A stretch of DNA of 20,000 bases from an uncultured Candidatus Sumerlaeota bacterium (GCA_964389675.1 CAYMEV010000018.1:59564-79563), one strand, 5' to 3'. Positions 9,053 to 18,094 are shown, counted from the stretch's first letter. Numbers and translations: made by a program. The notes: generated by a model from the letters alone, not told the origin.

Positions 9053-10960
9053 CTAAATTGCTTTTATTCCGTTATAGTCCTTTTTATGGAGAAGTATCTT
9101 GAGATTATCGGCTATTGACTGATAATCAATCCCGCTTTGCCTCAGCAGGTCTTCCCTTTTCCCGTGCTCGATGAATCTGTCAGGTATTGCAAGGATCCTT
9201 ATCATCCTGCCTGGTTTGTTTTTGCCTGCTATATAAGCATTGACAGCACTTCCGAAACCCCCGGTCAGCGAACCTTCTTCTACTGTCAGGACAGGTATGT
9301 TCTTCATAATTATCCAGTCCAGCAATTCAGAATCAAGCGGCTTTATAAACCTTGCATTGATCAGCATCGGGTTTGCTTTGCTGTCCTTGATCAGGTCAAA
9401 AGCCTTAAGGGATTCATTCACCATGCTTCCAACAGCAATAACAGCGATATTCGCATCTTCGGAGCCTCTTAGTATTTCCCATTTGCCTATAGGCAGCCTC
9501 TTTGGAAATTCGTCGTTCATGACACCGTTTGCACAGCCCCTCGGGTACCTTATGGAGCAGGGCCCTTTCTCAAAATAGGCTGTATAAAGGAGATCCTTCA
9601 GTTCATCTTCATCCTTGGGTGCCATGACAGTCATATTAGGAACCATATTCATAAAGCTGATGTCAAATACCCCGTGGTGCGTGGGGCCATCATCACCAAC
9701 CAGGCCGGCCCTGTCCATGCAGAAAACTACGGGAAGATTCTGAAGGGCAACATCATGAATGACCTGATCGACAGCTCTTTGCATAAATGTTGAATATATA
9801 GCAACATATGGTTTTTTTGCATCGGCAGCCAGCCCTGCGGCAAATGTAACAGCATGCCCTTCTGCTATACCTACATCAAAAAACCTGTCCGGGAATTTCT
9901 CGGCAAATTCTGTCAGGCCTGTTCCATCAAGCATTGCAGCTGATATTCCTATGATATCATTATATTTCTCACCAAGGAGCTTCATTGTAGTACCAAAAGC
10001 ACCTGAGTAGGAGATCGCGGAGCTTTTTCGTGTCTGACCGCTTTCTATGAGGAAAGGCTTGGAACTGTGAAATTCGGTGGGGCTTTCCTCAGCATACTGA
10101 TATCCCTTGCCCTTTTTCGTCAATATATGGAGTATATTTGGGCCTTTCAGGTTTTTAACATTATTGAATGTCTTTATCAGAGCGGGTATGTTATGCCCGT
10201 CAATTGGGCCTATATAACGGAATCCAAGCTCTTCGAATATGCTTCCAGGAAGTATTATGTTCTTCAGGCTTTCTTCAACCTTTTTTACGAATTTATAGAG
10301 TGTTTCTCCCTTTTCCGTAAATCCCTTCACCTTGTTCAGGAGCTCTGTCCTGACCCTGTTGTAGTACTTTCCTGTAATAAGATTATTGAGATACCTGGAC
10401 ATGGCCCCGACATTTTTTGATATGGACATCTCATTGTCATTAAGGACAACCGTAAAATCAATATTTGTGTGCCCGGAATTGTTCAGTGCTTCGTAAGCCA
10501 GGCCATTTGATATTGATCCGTCGCCTATTACAGCTATCACATTGTTCTTCTTCTCAATAAGGCTGCGGGATACGGCAAATCCGCAGGCAGCCGAAATGGA
10601 TGTACTTGAGTGCCCTGTACCGAAAACATCATATACGCTCTCAGACCTCTTGGGAAAACCTGAAAGCCCCTCGTACTGCCTGATAGTATGAAATTTGCGG
10701 TACCTGTTTGTAAGGATCTTATATGCATAGGACTGATGGCCTACATCCCATATTATCTTGTCAAAAGGAGGATTATAGCAGTACAGGAGAGCCAGGGTAA
10801 GTTCAACTACTCCAAGGCTTGACGCAAGATGCCCTCCATTTTTGCTTACAGTATTTATAATCAGGTCCCTTACTTCCTGAGCAAGCCCTGTCAGTTCCGG
10901 ACTGCTGAGAGATTTAATCCCGTCAGGAAAACTGGTCTCTTCAAGAATTTTATAATCCAT
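9053..10960 (-). CDS. dxs: 1-deoxy-D-xylulose-5-phosphate synthase
   Basis: GGHLASSLGVVEL, WDVGHQ, GTGHSSTSIS, ThDP motif GDGS...EALNN, DVGIAEGHAV, DRAGLVGDDGPTHHG, IRYPRG. Confidence 0.98.
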   Translation of the reverse strand: MDYKILEETSFPDGIKSLSSPELTGLAQEVRDLIINTVSKNGGHLASSLGVVELTLALLYCYNPPFDKIIWDVGHQSYAYKILTNRYRKFHTIRQYEGLSGFPKRSESVYDVFGTGHSSTSISAACGFAVSRSLIEKKNNVIAVIGDGSISNGLAYEALNNSGHTNIDFTVVLNDNEMSISKNVGAMSRYLNNLITGKYYNRVRTELLNKVKGFTEKGETLYKFVKKVEESLKNIILPGSIFEELGFRYIGPIDGHNIPALIKTFNNVKNLKGPNILHILTKKGKGYQYAEESPTEFHSSKPFLIESGQTRKSSAISYSGAFGTTMKLLGEKYNDIIGISAAMLDGTGLTEFAEKFPDRFFDVGIAEGHAVTFAAGLAADAKKPYVAIYSTFMQRAVDQVIHDVALQNLPVVFCMDRAGLVGDDGPTHHGVFDISFMNMVPNMTVMAPKDEDELKDLLYTAYFEKGPCSIRYPRGCANGVMNDEFPKRLPIGKWEILRGSEDANIAVIAVGSMVNESLKAFDLIKDSKANPMLINARFIKPLDSELLDWIIMKNIPVLTVEEGSLTGGFGSAVNAYIAGKNKPGRMIRILAIPDRFIEHGKREDLLRQSGIDYQSIADNLKILLHKKDYNGIKAI

Positions 10961-10972
10961 ATTTCAATACCC

Positions 10973-11902
10973 TCATCTTTCTCTGAATCTCAGAAATTTT
11001 GCAAATTCAGCAAGATATCTTCCCTTCTCATTGAAGCTTTCAACGGATTTCTTTGCATTATAATAAAGGGAATCCGCAAACATCTCAACATTGCTCCTGC
11101 CAAAAAGCTTTACTGCTGTAACTTTATCGTTTTTTACATCGCTCTCTACTGATTTTCCAATTGTATTCTGATCGCTTATTACTTCAAGAAGATCATCTAT
11201 GATCTGAAACAGTATTCCTATATTCTTTGCATAACTCGAGAGCTGGGACCGGGATTCGCTGTCTGCACCGGAAAGGATGCAGGCAGTGTTTACAGAAAGC
11301 TCAATAAGCCTGGATGTCTTAAGCTCGATCATATGTATATATTTCTGTTCCAGAAGCTGATCCCTGCTGTTAAGCTTCATATCCATTATCTGCCCTCCGA
11401 CCATGCCGTCAAAACCAATATGTTCATCAAAAAGGCTTATTACATTCCCTTTCTTCTCCTTTGAAAGCCCCGTACTCTCCAGAAGCTCAATAAGAGCATA
11501 CATGACACCCTCAAGGATAATGCTTCCTGTATATGATGCAAATTCCGGATTGTACCTGCAGTGAAGCGTAGGTTTGCCCCTCCGCAGATCATCATTATCC
11601 ATGCATGGAAGATCGTCATGCACCAGGCTGTAAGAATGTATAAACTCTATAAGGGACAGGATATCAATGAAAACATCCCTCTTTGAATCAAACATCTCCA
11701 GGACCAGGATTCCCAGGATGGGCCTGATACGCTTGCCTCCAGAAAAAAGCACATATTCTATTGCATCCCGGATATTTTCATCATAGCTTAAAAGGCTCAT
11801 TACCCTTTTCAGGCTGTTTTCAACATCCTTTTTTTTGCTAAAAATAATATTGATGTCAAATCCTTCAGAAGGCTGTTTAACATCTTTAAGGCCTGCTGAC
11901 AT
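10973..11902 (-). CDS. ispA: Polyprenyl (farnesyl/geranylgeranyl) diphosphate synthase
   Basis: GGKRIRP, first aspartate-rich motif HDDLPCMDNDDLRRGKPT, GQ.MD, KT, FQIIDDLL. GGAGG RBS upstream. Directly precedes dxs. Confidence 0.92.
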   Translation of the reverse strand: MSAGLKDVKQPSEGFDINIIFSKKKDVENSLKRVMSLLSYDENIRDAIEYVLFSGGKRIRPILGILVLEMFDSKRDVFIDILSLIEFIHSYSLVHDDLPCMDNDDLRRGKPTLHCRYNPEFASYTGSIILEGVMYALIELLESTGLSKEKKGNVISLFDEHIGFDGMVGGQIMDMKLNSRDQLLEQKYIHMIELKTSRLIELSVNTACILSGADSESRSQLSSYAKNIGILFQIIDDLLEVISDQNTIGKSVESDVKNDKVTAVKLFGRSNVEMFADSLYYNAKKSVESFNEKGRYLAEFAKFLRFRER

Positions 11903-11911
11903 ATTACCTCC

Positions 11912-14077
11912 CTACATACCGAGGTTTGATTCGTCACCTGCAGCTAATATATCAATCAGGGCCTCATGGTAAAAATCACGGCTCTTCTTCACTGTTTCGC
12001 TCACTCTGCCGTCATAAAGGGCTCTTCCCCTGTCAATATGAACTTTTAAGAGCTGGTAGAGATTCTTGTTAAGACGGCCCTTCTTCACATCCTCTTCATA
12101 ATATAGCTTGATCTCGGATACTACAAGCCTGGCAAACCTCCTGGCCTCATCAAACAGGGTCTGCTCCTCCTCTGATAATTCTTCTTCCTCTGCTGCAGCC
12201 TCCTCTTTGACAGGCTGTTCTTTGATCTCTTCAGGTATGGGGCCGAGTTCACCCTCTATTTCACCCTCAATATCGTTTTCATCAAAACCCATATCATCCT
12301 CATCAAATTCGCTGTCCCTTATCTGCTGAGTCCTGTCCCCTGCATATCTGCCAGTCTCAGGTTCAGGCATTTCCTGCTCAATGTCCTCATCTGGCATGGA
12401 TTCTGCCTCTTCAAGCAATTCAGACGATTGCTCCTCCTCATAATCAAAATTATCCTCCTCCAGTACTTCCTCGTCAAATTCAGAATCCTCCCTGGGGATC
12501 GTCAGCTCATCTGTAATATCCCTCTTCTCTTTATTATCAGACCTGTCAATAAAACCTTCTTCCTCTGCTTCGGCTTCTGCTACATCTTCTTTTTCCTCAG
12601 CTTCACCCGCTATATCATCAGATTCTTCAAAATCCTCCTCCATCATCCCTGCTGCATCATCAATGTATATCTGCTCTGTCTCTCTGTCCAGCTCCTCTTC
12701 CTCTTCAACAAATGATCCGCTTTCTATTTCCTCTTCTGAAACCCCGTCTTCTTCTTCAATATCTTCTTCAGCCTGCAGTACTTCTGCCTCTGCTTCTGGT
12801 TCTGGTTCTTCCTCTTCAGCAAAAGGCCCGCTTTCCATTTCCTCTTCTGGAACCACGGCTTCTTCTTCAACATCTTCTTCAGCCTGCAGTATTTCCGCCT
12901 CTGCTTCTGGTTCTGGTTCTTCCTCTTCAGCAAAAGACCCGCTTTCTATTTCCTCTTCTGGAACCACGGCTCCTTCTTCAATATCTTCTTCAGCCTGCAG
13001 TATTTCCGCCTCTGCTTCTGGTTCTGGTTCTTCCTCTTCAGCAAAAGACCCGCTTTCTATTTCCTCTTCTGGAACCACGGCTCCTTCTTCAATATCTTCT
13101 TCAGCATGCAGTACTTCTGCCTCTTCTTCTGGTTCTGGTTCTTCCTGCAGGCCTTCCTGTATGCTTTCCCTGACCTCTTCCGGTTCATCCTTTTCAAACC
13201 TGTCCTGTTTAAGTATTGTCCTCTTCTGCAGCCTTTCTTCTGAATCCATATACTGTGTTATATCAAGAACAGGATAGTGAGGCTCGGTCTTTCTTTTTGC
13301 AAAAGTCAGCTCCATCTTCAGTTCTGCAGTGATAAGCAGGATGTCGAGAAGATGCGCATATTCCCATACATTTCTGTTGAATACGAAAACGGCAACGACC
13401 GTGCCCTTCAGAAGGATGGGGAATATTGAAACAGTATCATTTTTTTCAAAGCCCAGTGCTTCGAATATTGAAGCATCCTTATCCGGAACCGGCCCGATAT
13501 AAGGTGCTTTATTGTGATATACCCCGGTAATTATATTTTCCTCATCAAGGGCTATCTTCAAATTCTGGACCATGGGTTTTACCTCTGATGGCTCCTTATC
13601 CCTGACATAGCCCTCATAGCCGGCAAAACACCCTTGATTCCTGCGTTCAAGGAATAAAAAGACCTTATCTGAGATCGCTGTGCAGAAATTAAAGGCTTCC
13701 TTTACTATCTGGGGCTGACTGTCATACTGCTTTATTTCAGCAATAGCCTCCCTTAACAGTTTAATGTGGTCATAGGAGGAAAGAGGCCTCTGAACCTCAT
13801 ATGTGATATCATTCGTGATTTTCTTTCTTTTTATTATATCCCTGTTTATAACTGTTGTATATGACTGCCTGATCTCATCCTCCAAAGCCTTCATCCGTCC
13901 CTTTTCAACCAGGTCATCAATATTTGGACTGGAAATATTGCCTGTAATTTTTGTCCTGAGCAATGAGATTTTATCATCTATCTCTTCTATGGACTCAAGC
14001 AGATCGCTGAAGCCATTATTTGATTTATTCTGGATTTTATCGATAACTTGCTTTAATAAGCTGTAAACCTCCTGCAT
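11912..14077 (-). CDS. Hypothetical acidic protein: N-terminal helical region, GAF-like domain, Glu-rich repeat linker, C-terminal helical domain (EARRFARLVVSEIKLY)
   Basis: 721-aa ORF with GGAGG RBS. GAF-like strands (KVFLFL...SIFPILLKGTVVAVFVF). Long E/D-rich central region. Compact ~80-aa amphipathic C-terminal domain. Confidence 0.8.
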   Translation of the reverse strand: MQEVYSLLKQVIDKIQNKSNNGFSDLLESIEEIDDKISLLRTKITGNISSPNIDDLVEKGRMKALEDEIRQSYTTVINRDIIKRKKITNDITYEVQRPLSSYDHIKLLREAIAEIKQYDSQPQIVKEAFNFCTAISDKVFLFLERRNQGCFAGYEGYVRDKEPSEVKPMVQNLKIALDEENIITGVYHNKAPYIGPVPDKDASIFEALGFEKNDTVSIFPILLKGTVVAVFVFNRNVWEYAHLLDILLITAELKMELTFAKRKTEPHYPVLDITQYMDSEERLQKRTILKQDRFEKDEPEEVRESIQEGLQEEPEPEEEAEVLHAEEDIEEGAVVPEEEIESGSFAEEEEPEPEAEAEILQAEEDIEEGAVVPEEEIESGSFAEEEEPEPEAEAEILQAEEDVEEEAVVPEEEMESGPFAEEEEPEPEAEAEVLQAEEDIEEEDGVSEEEIESGSFVEEEEELDRETEQIYIDDAAGMMEEDFEESDDIAGEAEEKEDVAEAEAEEEGFIDRSDNKEKRDITDELTIPREDSEFDEEVLEEDNFDYEEEQSSELLEEAESMPDEDIEQEMPEPETGRYAGDRTQQIRDSEFDEDDMGFDENDIEGEIEGELGPIPEEIKEQPVKEEAAAEEEELSEEEQTLFDEARRFARLVVSEIKLYYEEDVKKGRLNKNLYQLLKVHIDRGRALYDGRVSETVKKSRDFYHEALIDILAAGDESNLGM
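12701..13144. repeat. Coding tandem repeat, 4 x 111 bp (37 aa; consensus EEPEPEAEAEILQAEEDIEEGAVVPEEEIESGSFAEE)
   Basis: The anchor GC(C/A)TGCAGTA recurs at 12771, 12882, 12993 and 13104, an exact 111-nt period. Copies differ by only a few substitutions. Confidence 0.95.
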
Positions 14078-14111
14078 ATTATAAGCCTCCTAATATTATA
14101 CTAAGACATAT

Positions 14112-14160
14112 ATTCTATTATATACATTGAAAAGATACAATAAGTTTTTGAAATATGCAA
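14112..14160 (-). promoter_or_regulatory. Candidate sigma70 promoter(s) for the leftward transcription unit
   Basis: Minus strand TTGCAT-17-TATCTT (14160-14132) and TTGTAT-17-TAGAAT (14140-14112). The region is very AT-rich, so chance matches are possible. Confidence 0.4.
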
Positions 14161-14293
14161 ATATTTTTGTTGATTATTTTAATTAATATATTAAAAGCAT
14201 TATCTGTTTTGATTATGCATATGAAAAGAATTGAACAGCTTAGAAAGCAATAGGTATATTAAATGAATATGTCATCAGTGTGTCATAAATTGT

Positions 14294-14322
14294 TTGACAC
14301 CGGGCAAAAACCATAATATATT
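14294..14322 (+). promoter_or_regulatory. sigma70-type promoter for tRNA-Val and the infC operon
   Basis: TTGACA (14294-14299), 17 nt, TATATT (14317-14322), about 40 nt upstream of the tRNA. Confidence 0.7.
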
Positions 14323-14360
14323 TGACAGATTATCCGCCTTTTCAGGGGCTGATGGTATGA

Positions 14361-14432
14361 AGGCGCGTAACTCAGTGGGAGAGTGCTACCTTGACATGGT
14401 AGAAGTCGGCGGTTCAATCCCGCCCGTGCCTA
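14361..14432 (+). tRNA. tRNA-Val (anticodon GAC), CCA not encoded
   Basis: Cloverleaf: acceptor AGGCGCG/CGTGCCT, D stem ACTC/GAGT, anticodon stem CTACC/GGTAG with loop TTGACAT, T stem GGCGG/CCGCC with loop TTCAATC, discriminator A. Confidence 0.97.
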
Positions 14433-14483
14433 TGTGAAAATTTAAATATTTTTAGGAGGTACTTTGAATACAAAATTTCAAGC

Positions 14484-14999
14484 ATGGATAAGAAACAAAG
14501 AATAAATGATCAAATACCCGAAGGAAGTGTCAGATTAATTGATGAAGAAGGGACTCAATACGGAATTGTTTCTTTGGAAGAGGCGTTAAGGATATCTGAA
14601 AGCAAGGGACTGGACCTTGTTGAGGTATCACCTGATTCAGATCCAAGAGTCGTAAAAATAATGGATTTTGGCAAGCATAGATATGCCAAAAAGAAAAAGC
14701 TTCAGGAAGCCAAAAAAAAGCAGAAGAATATTCAGCTGAAAACAGTAAGAATGACACCCAGGACAGATATCCACGATTATGAATTCAAGCTGAAGGATAT
14801 AAGGAAATTTCTAAATATGGGCAATAAGGTCAAGATCATGATTAAATTCAAGGGAAGAGAGCTTGCCCACAAGGACAGGGGAATGCTTGTGATCGAAAAG
14901 CTGAACGAAGACCTCAAGGATATTGCAAAAGCTATTGCTCCATCAGAATTTGAAGGAAGAAATCTGGTTGCTATATATTGCCCGATTAAAACAAAATAG
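14484..14999 (+). CDS. infC: Translation initiation factor IF-3 (true start may be the in-frame ATT at 14475)
   Basis: RINDQI, VRLID, GLDLVEVSP, KIMDFGK, GNKVK, FKGRE, EGRN. Precedes rpmI-rplT. Confidence 0.97.
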   Translation: MDKKQRINDQIPEGSVRLIDEEGTQYGIVSLEEALRISESKGLDLVEVSPDSDPRVVKIMDFGKHRYAKKKKLQEAKKKQKNIQLKTVRMTPRTDIHDYEFKLKDIRKFLNMGNKVKIMIKFKGRELAHKDRGMLVIEKLNEDLKDIAKAIAPSEFEGRNLVAIYCPIKTK

Positions 15000-15037
15000 C
15001 AGACTAATAAAACTAACAATAAAAGAGGTAGATTATT

Positions 15038-15229
15038 ATGCCAAAGATGAAAACGAATAAAAGCGCAGCAAAGAGATTCAAACTGACTGCAACAGGCAAG
15101 ATAAAAAGACATAAAGCATATCATTCTCATATCTTGACAAAAAAATCAAGCAAGAGAAAGAGACAGCTTAGAAAGGCAACATATGTCAGCAAATCTGATT
15201 TTAGAAAAATCAGGATATTAATAAACTAA
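15038..15229 (+). CDS. rpmI: 50S ribosomal protein L35
   Basis: [24 protein letters not shown]...[15 protein letters not shown]. Confidence 0.98.
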   Translation: MPKMKTNKSAAKRFKLTATGKIKRHKAYHSHILTKKSSKRKRQLRKATYVSKSDFRKIRILIN

Positions 15230-15253
15230 TTTTGATTATTTAGGAGAATTGTC

Positions 15254-15610
15254 ATGTCAAGAGTTAAAAGAGGAGTTGGAAATACTAAAAAGAAACACAA
15301 CCTCAGGGTAGCTACCAAGGGTTTTTACGGCAGGAGAAAAAATCTCTTAAGAACTCAGATGGAAGCATACCGCAGATCATTAATGAACTCATATATAGAC
15401 CGCAAAAGGAAAAAAAGAGAGTTTAGACAGCTCTGGATAATACGTATAAATGCTATCTGCAGAAAATACGGAATTAAGTATTCAGAGTTCATCCACAGGC
15501 TCAGGTCCAATAATATAAGCCTGGACAGGAAGATCCTTGCTTCTATGGCGGTTAATGACGAAAAGGGTTTTGAATCTCTGATAAAATCGTGCAGCCCAGA
15601 AGGTAAATGA
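15254..15610 (+). CDS. rplT: 50S ribosomal protein L20
   Basis: MSRVKRG, KGFYGRR, DRKRKKREFRQLWIIRINA, LDRKILA. Follows rpmI. Confidence 0.97.
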   Translation: MSRVKRGVGNTKKKHNLRVATKGFYGRRKNLLRTQMEAYRRSLMNSYIDRKRKKREFRQLWIIRINAICRKYGIKYSEFIHRLRSNNISLDRKILASMAVNDEKGFESLIKSCSPEGK

Positions 15611-15915
15611 TCGTGGAGCAGGAAGACCTATTCTCTGTCCTGGAAAATAAAATAGAGTCTTTATTAAGTATTTCCGAGCAGAACGATGAAAAGATCTGCC
15701 TGCTTGAAGAGGACATAAGAAAGAAAGCTGTTTCCCTCTCTGAAATGGAAGCAGAATTAACAGATCATACTGATAGATTGAAGGACTATGGCACTCTAAA
15801 AAAGTTCCTTGCTTTTTCGATCAAAGATAACTATATTTTAAGTATGAAGAACATGCAGACAAGGGAACGGATAAAACAGCTTCTTAATAAACTGGATTCT
15901 GCACTAAAAAAATAA
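15607..15915 (+). CDS. Coiled-coil protein, ZapB-like
   Basis: Heptad pattern (FSVLENKIESLL...RERIKQLLNKLD). Sits directly upstream of zapA, where ZapB-like genes usually lie. ATGA overlap with rplT. Confidence 0.6.
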   Translation: MIVEQEDLFSVLENKIESLLSISEQNDEKICLLEEDIRKKAVSLSEMEAELTDHTDRLKDYGTLKKFLAFSIKDNYILSMKNMQTRERIKQLLNKLDSALKK

Positions 15916-15948
15916 AAAAAGAAAGATAGGATCAAGTGAATAAACTGT

Positions 15949-16239
15949 ATGAGTAATGAACAGAAACTGGAAATAAAGATAAAGGGAGAACGCTATTATC
16001 TTAATACAGATCTTCCAGAAGAATACATAAAGCACTTGATTGAATATATGAACAAATATATTGAGCGATACCCTCAATATAGGAAACTGGACGAGAGACA
16101 AAGAGCAGTACTGTCATCGATCAATATTCTGAACGATTACTGGCAGTATAAGATAAAAAATCTTATCAGAACTGAAAAGCTGATTAATAGGATTGACAGC
16201 TATTTAATTCATGAAGATAACAAAAACATTGAAAAATAG
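15949..16239 (+). CDS. zapA: Cell division protein ZapA
   Basis: LEIKIKGERYYL..., EEYIKHLIEYMNKYI and RAVLSSINILNDY match the ZapA pattern. Context zapA-6S-rny supports it. Confidence 0.8.
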   Translation: MSNEQKLEIKIKGERYYLNTDLPEEYIKHLIEYMNKYIERYPQYRKLDERQRAVLSSINILNDYWQYKIKNLIRTEKLINRIDSYLIHEDNKNIEK

Positions 16240-16243
16240 AATG

Positions 16244-16430
16244 ATACACCCCTGTAATGCTTGTGATGATATAAGATATTTGAGCCAACACTCAAGCCAT
16301 GAGGATTGTCATCTGGTATGGTGTGCATACCCTGATTTATCAGGGGAGCCTAAAATACTACACAGTCCTCCCTGTAGATATTTACAGGTTCAAAATTCTC
16401 TTATACACACGGCACCATATGGGGGTGTAT
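16244..16430 (+). ncRNA. ssrS: 6S RNA
   Basis: ~187-nt rod: closing stem ATACACCCC(T)/(G)GGGGTGTAT, internal TTGAGCC/GGTTCAA and GAGGATTGT/ACAGTCCTC pairings, apical CCCTGAT/ATCAGGG hairpin. Classic position between zapA and rny. Confidence 0.88.
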
Positions 16431-16519
16431 ATCTCTCCTGATATCTTCTGATAACCCGGTATAGCCAGTTCTTTTTTGTCTCTTGAGTCTAAATTTATTA
16501 AACAGGAGGTTATTGGTTC

Positions 16520-18094
16520 ATGAACGGATTTATGACTCATTGGGAAATATACCTTGCAGCCTTGGCCGGCATAATAATTGGTGCTGTAATAACCTATATA
16601 TTTGTCGCAAAACTTTCAAAAAAACTGCTTTACCTGGCAAAGGAAAACTCAAAGGAAATTCTGAAAAAGGCCAGCCTGGAAAGGGAGACTATAGTTAAGA
16701 ATGCAGAGATTGACGGCAAGGAGCTGGTCTACAAGCTTAAAATAAAAGCTGAGGATGAGATCAAGAACAGGAAGCGTGATCTCGACAAGTATGAGAGGAA
16801 ACTTCTGCAGAGAAGTCAGGGGATAGACAGAAAATCCACGCTCCTTGAGGCCAAGGAGATGGATATAAGAAAGAAGGAAAAGGAACTGACCATTGGCCTT
16901 AAGAATATAACAAAGGAACAGGATGAGGCCCAGGAACTCAAAAAGAGGCAGATAACAGAGCTGGAAAAAATTTCAAAGCTAAGTTCTGACGAAGCTAAGG
17001 AGATACTCTTCAATAAGCTTGTAAATGACGCAAAAAGGGATTCTGAAGGGATTATAAAGAATATAATTGATGAAGCAAGGGCAAAAGCGGATGTCCAGGC
17101 AAAGAAGGTCATAGCCGTGGCTGTCCAGAAAAATGCATCGGAATATGCCGAAAAGCTCAGCGTCAGCATAGTGAACCTCCCTAATGATGAAATGAAGGGA
17201 AGGATAATAGGCAGGGAAGGAAGGAATATCAGAACACTCGAAAATCTTACAGGTGTTGACCTGATCATTGACGATACTCCTGAAGCTGTAATTATTTCCT
17301 GTTATGATTCCTATAAAAGAGAGATAGCTGTACAGACACTTGAAAGGCTTCTTGCTGATGGCAGGATACACCCGGCAAGAATAGAAGAGACAGTCGAAAA
17401 GGTCCAGGCATACATGCAGAAGCATATACTGGAGCTTGGGGAATCTGCTGCTTTTAAGGTTGGGATAACCAATATACCCAAGGACCTGATAAAACTTCTG
17501 GGAAGACTTCATTACAGGACAAGCTATTCTCAGAATGTCCTGGAACACAGTATTGAAGTTGCCATGTTCGCCGGCAGTATGGCTGCTGAACTGGGCATAA
17601 ACGCAAAGCTTGCGAAAAGGGCAGGCCTTCTTCATGATATAGGAAAGGCAATAGACCAGGATACAGAAGGTACGCATGCAAAACTGGGTGCTGATATTCT
17701 GCGTAAATACAAGGAAGACCCCCTTCTTATCAGCGCTGTAGAAGCTCATCATGATGAAGCAGAGCATCAGTCCATCGAATCTGTGCTCATCCAGGCAGCT
17801 GATGCACTATCAGCGGCAAGGCCCGGTGCAAGGAAGGAAATCCTTGAGATTTACCTGAAACGTATCTCAAAACTGGAAGAAATACCCAAATCCTTTGAGG
17901 GCGTGACAAATGCATATGCAATATCAGCAGGCAGGGAGCTCAGGATTATTGTTGAAAAGGATGCTGTCGATGATCAGAACGCAGTTGTCCTGGCCAGGGA
18001 TATTGCCAAAAGGATAGAAAAGGACGTTGAATACCCCGGACAGATAAAGGTTACTGTCATAAGAGAATCAAGAGCTGTGGATTATGCAAACTGA
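16520..18094 (+). CDS. rny: Ribonuclease Y
   Basis: N-terminal TM helix, coiled coil, KH domain (EMKGRIIGREGRNIR), HD domain (GLLHDIGKA), ADALSAARPGAR, YPGQIKVTVIRE. AGGAGG RBS. Confidence 0.98.
   Translation: MNGFMTHWEIYLAALAGIIIGAVITYIFVAKLSKKLLYLAKENSKEILKKASLERETIVKNAEIDGKELVYKLKIKAEDEIKNRKRDLDKYERKLLQRSQGIDRKSTLLEAKEMDIRKKEKELTIGLKNITKEQDEAQELKKRQITELEKISKLSSDEAKEILFNKLVNDAKRDSEGIIKNIIDEARAKADVQAKKVIAVAVQKNASEYAEKLSVSIVNLPNDEMKGRIIGREGRNIRTLENLTGVDLIIDDTPEAVIISCYDSYKREIAVQTLERLLADGRIHPARIEETVEKVQAYMQKHILELGESAAFKVGITNIPKDLIKLLGRLHYRTSYSQNVLEHSIEVAMFAGSMAAELGINAKLAKRAGLLHDIGKAIDQDTEGTHAKLGADILRKYKEDPLLISAVEAHHDEAEHQSIESVLIQAADALSAARPGARKEILEIYLKRISKLEEIPKSFEGVTNAYAISAGRELRIIVEKDAVDDQNAVVLARDIAKRIEKDVEYPGQIKVTVIRESRAVDYAN

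Noticed and set aside
12701-13144. Regular repeats as a possible CRISPR array
   Set aside because: Units are contiguous, in-frame 111-bp copies with no unique spacers, and there are no cas genes.
12663-13277. Ser-rich 204-aa + strand ORF and other ORFs over the repeat (12712..13173 +, 12724..12933 -)
   Set aside because: Antisense or alternate-frame shadows of the Glu-rich GAA repeat in the 721-aa gene. No independent coding evidence.
14322-14350. Second TTGACA upstream of the tRNA
   Set aside because: No -10 hexamer at 16-18 nt spacing (the sequence there is GGGGCT).
14430-14435. tRNA lacks an encoded CCA
   Set aside because: Common in many bacteria, where CCA is added post-transcriptionally.
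14361-14483. tRNA as an integration site, or an L20 leader RNA before infC
   Set aside because: No integrase or duplicated tRNA 3' end seen in the window. The ~50-nt gap is AT-rich and too short for a structured leader.
16211-16441. 76-aa + strand ORF after zapA
   Set aside because: Coincides with the 6S RNA structure and has no protein-like features.
16483-16698. 71-aa ORF overlapping the rny start
   Set aside because: Out-of-frame overlap with rny, which has the clear AGGAGG RBS.
16816-17767. Long antisense ORFs (150 aa and 262 aa) within rny, and similar ones inside dxs, RSH, xseA and the FHA gene
   Set aside because: They lie opposite well-supported genes and have the S/F/I/L-rich composition typical of antisense frames.
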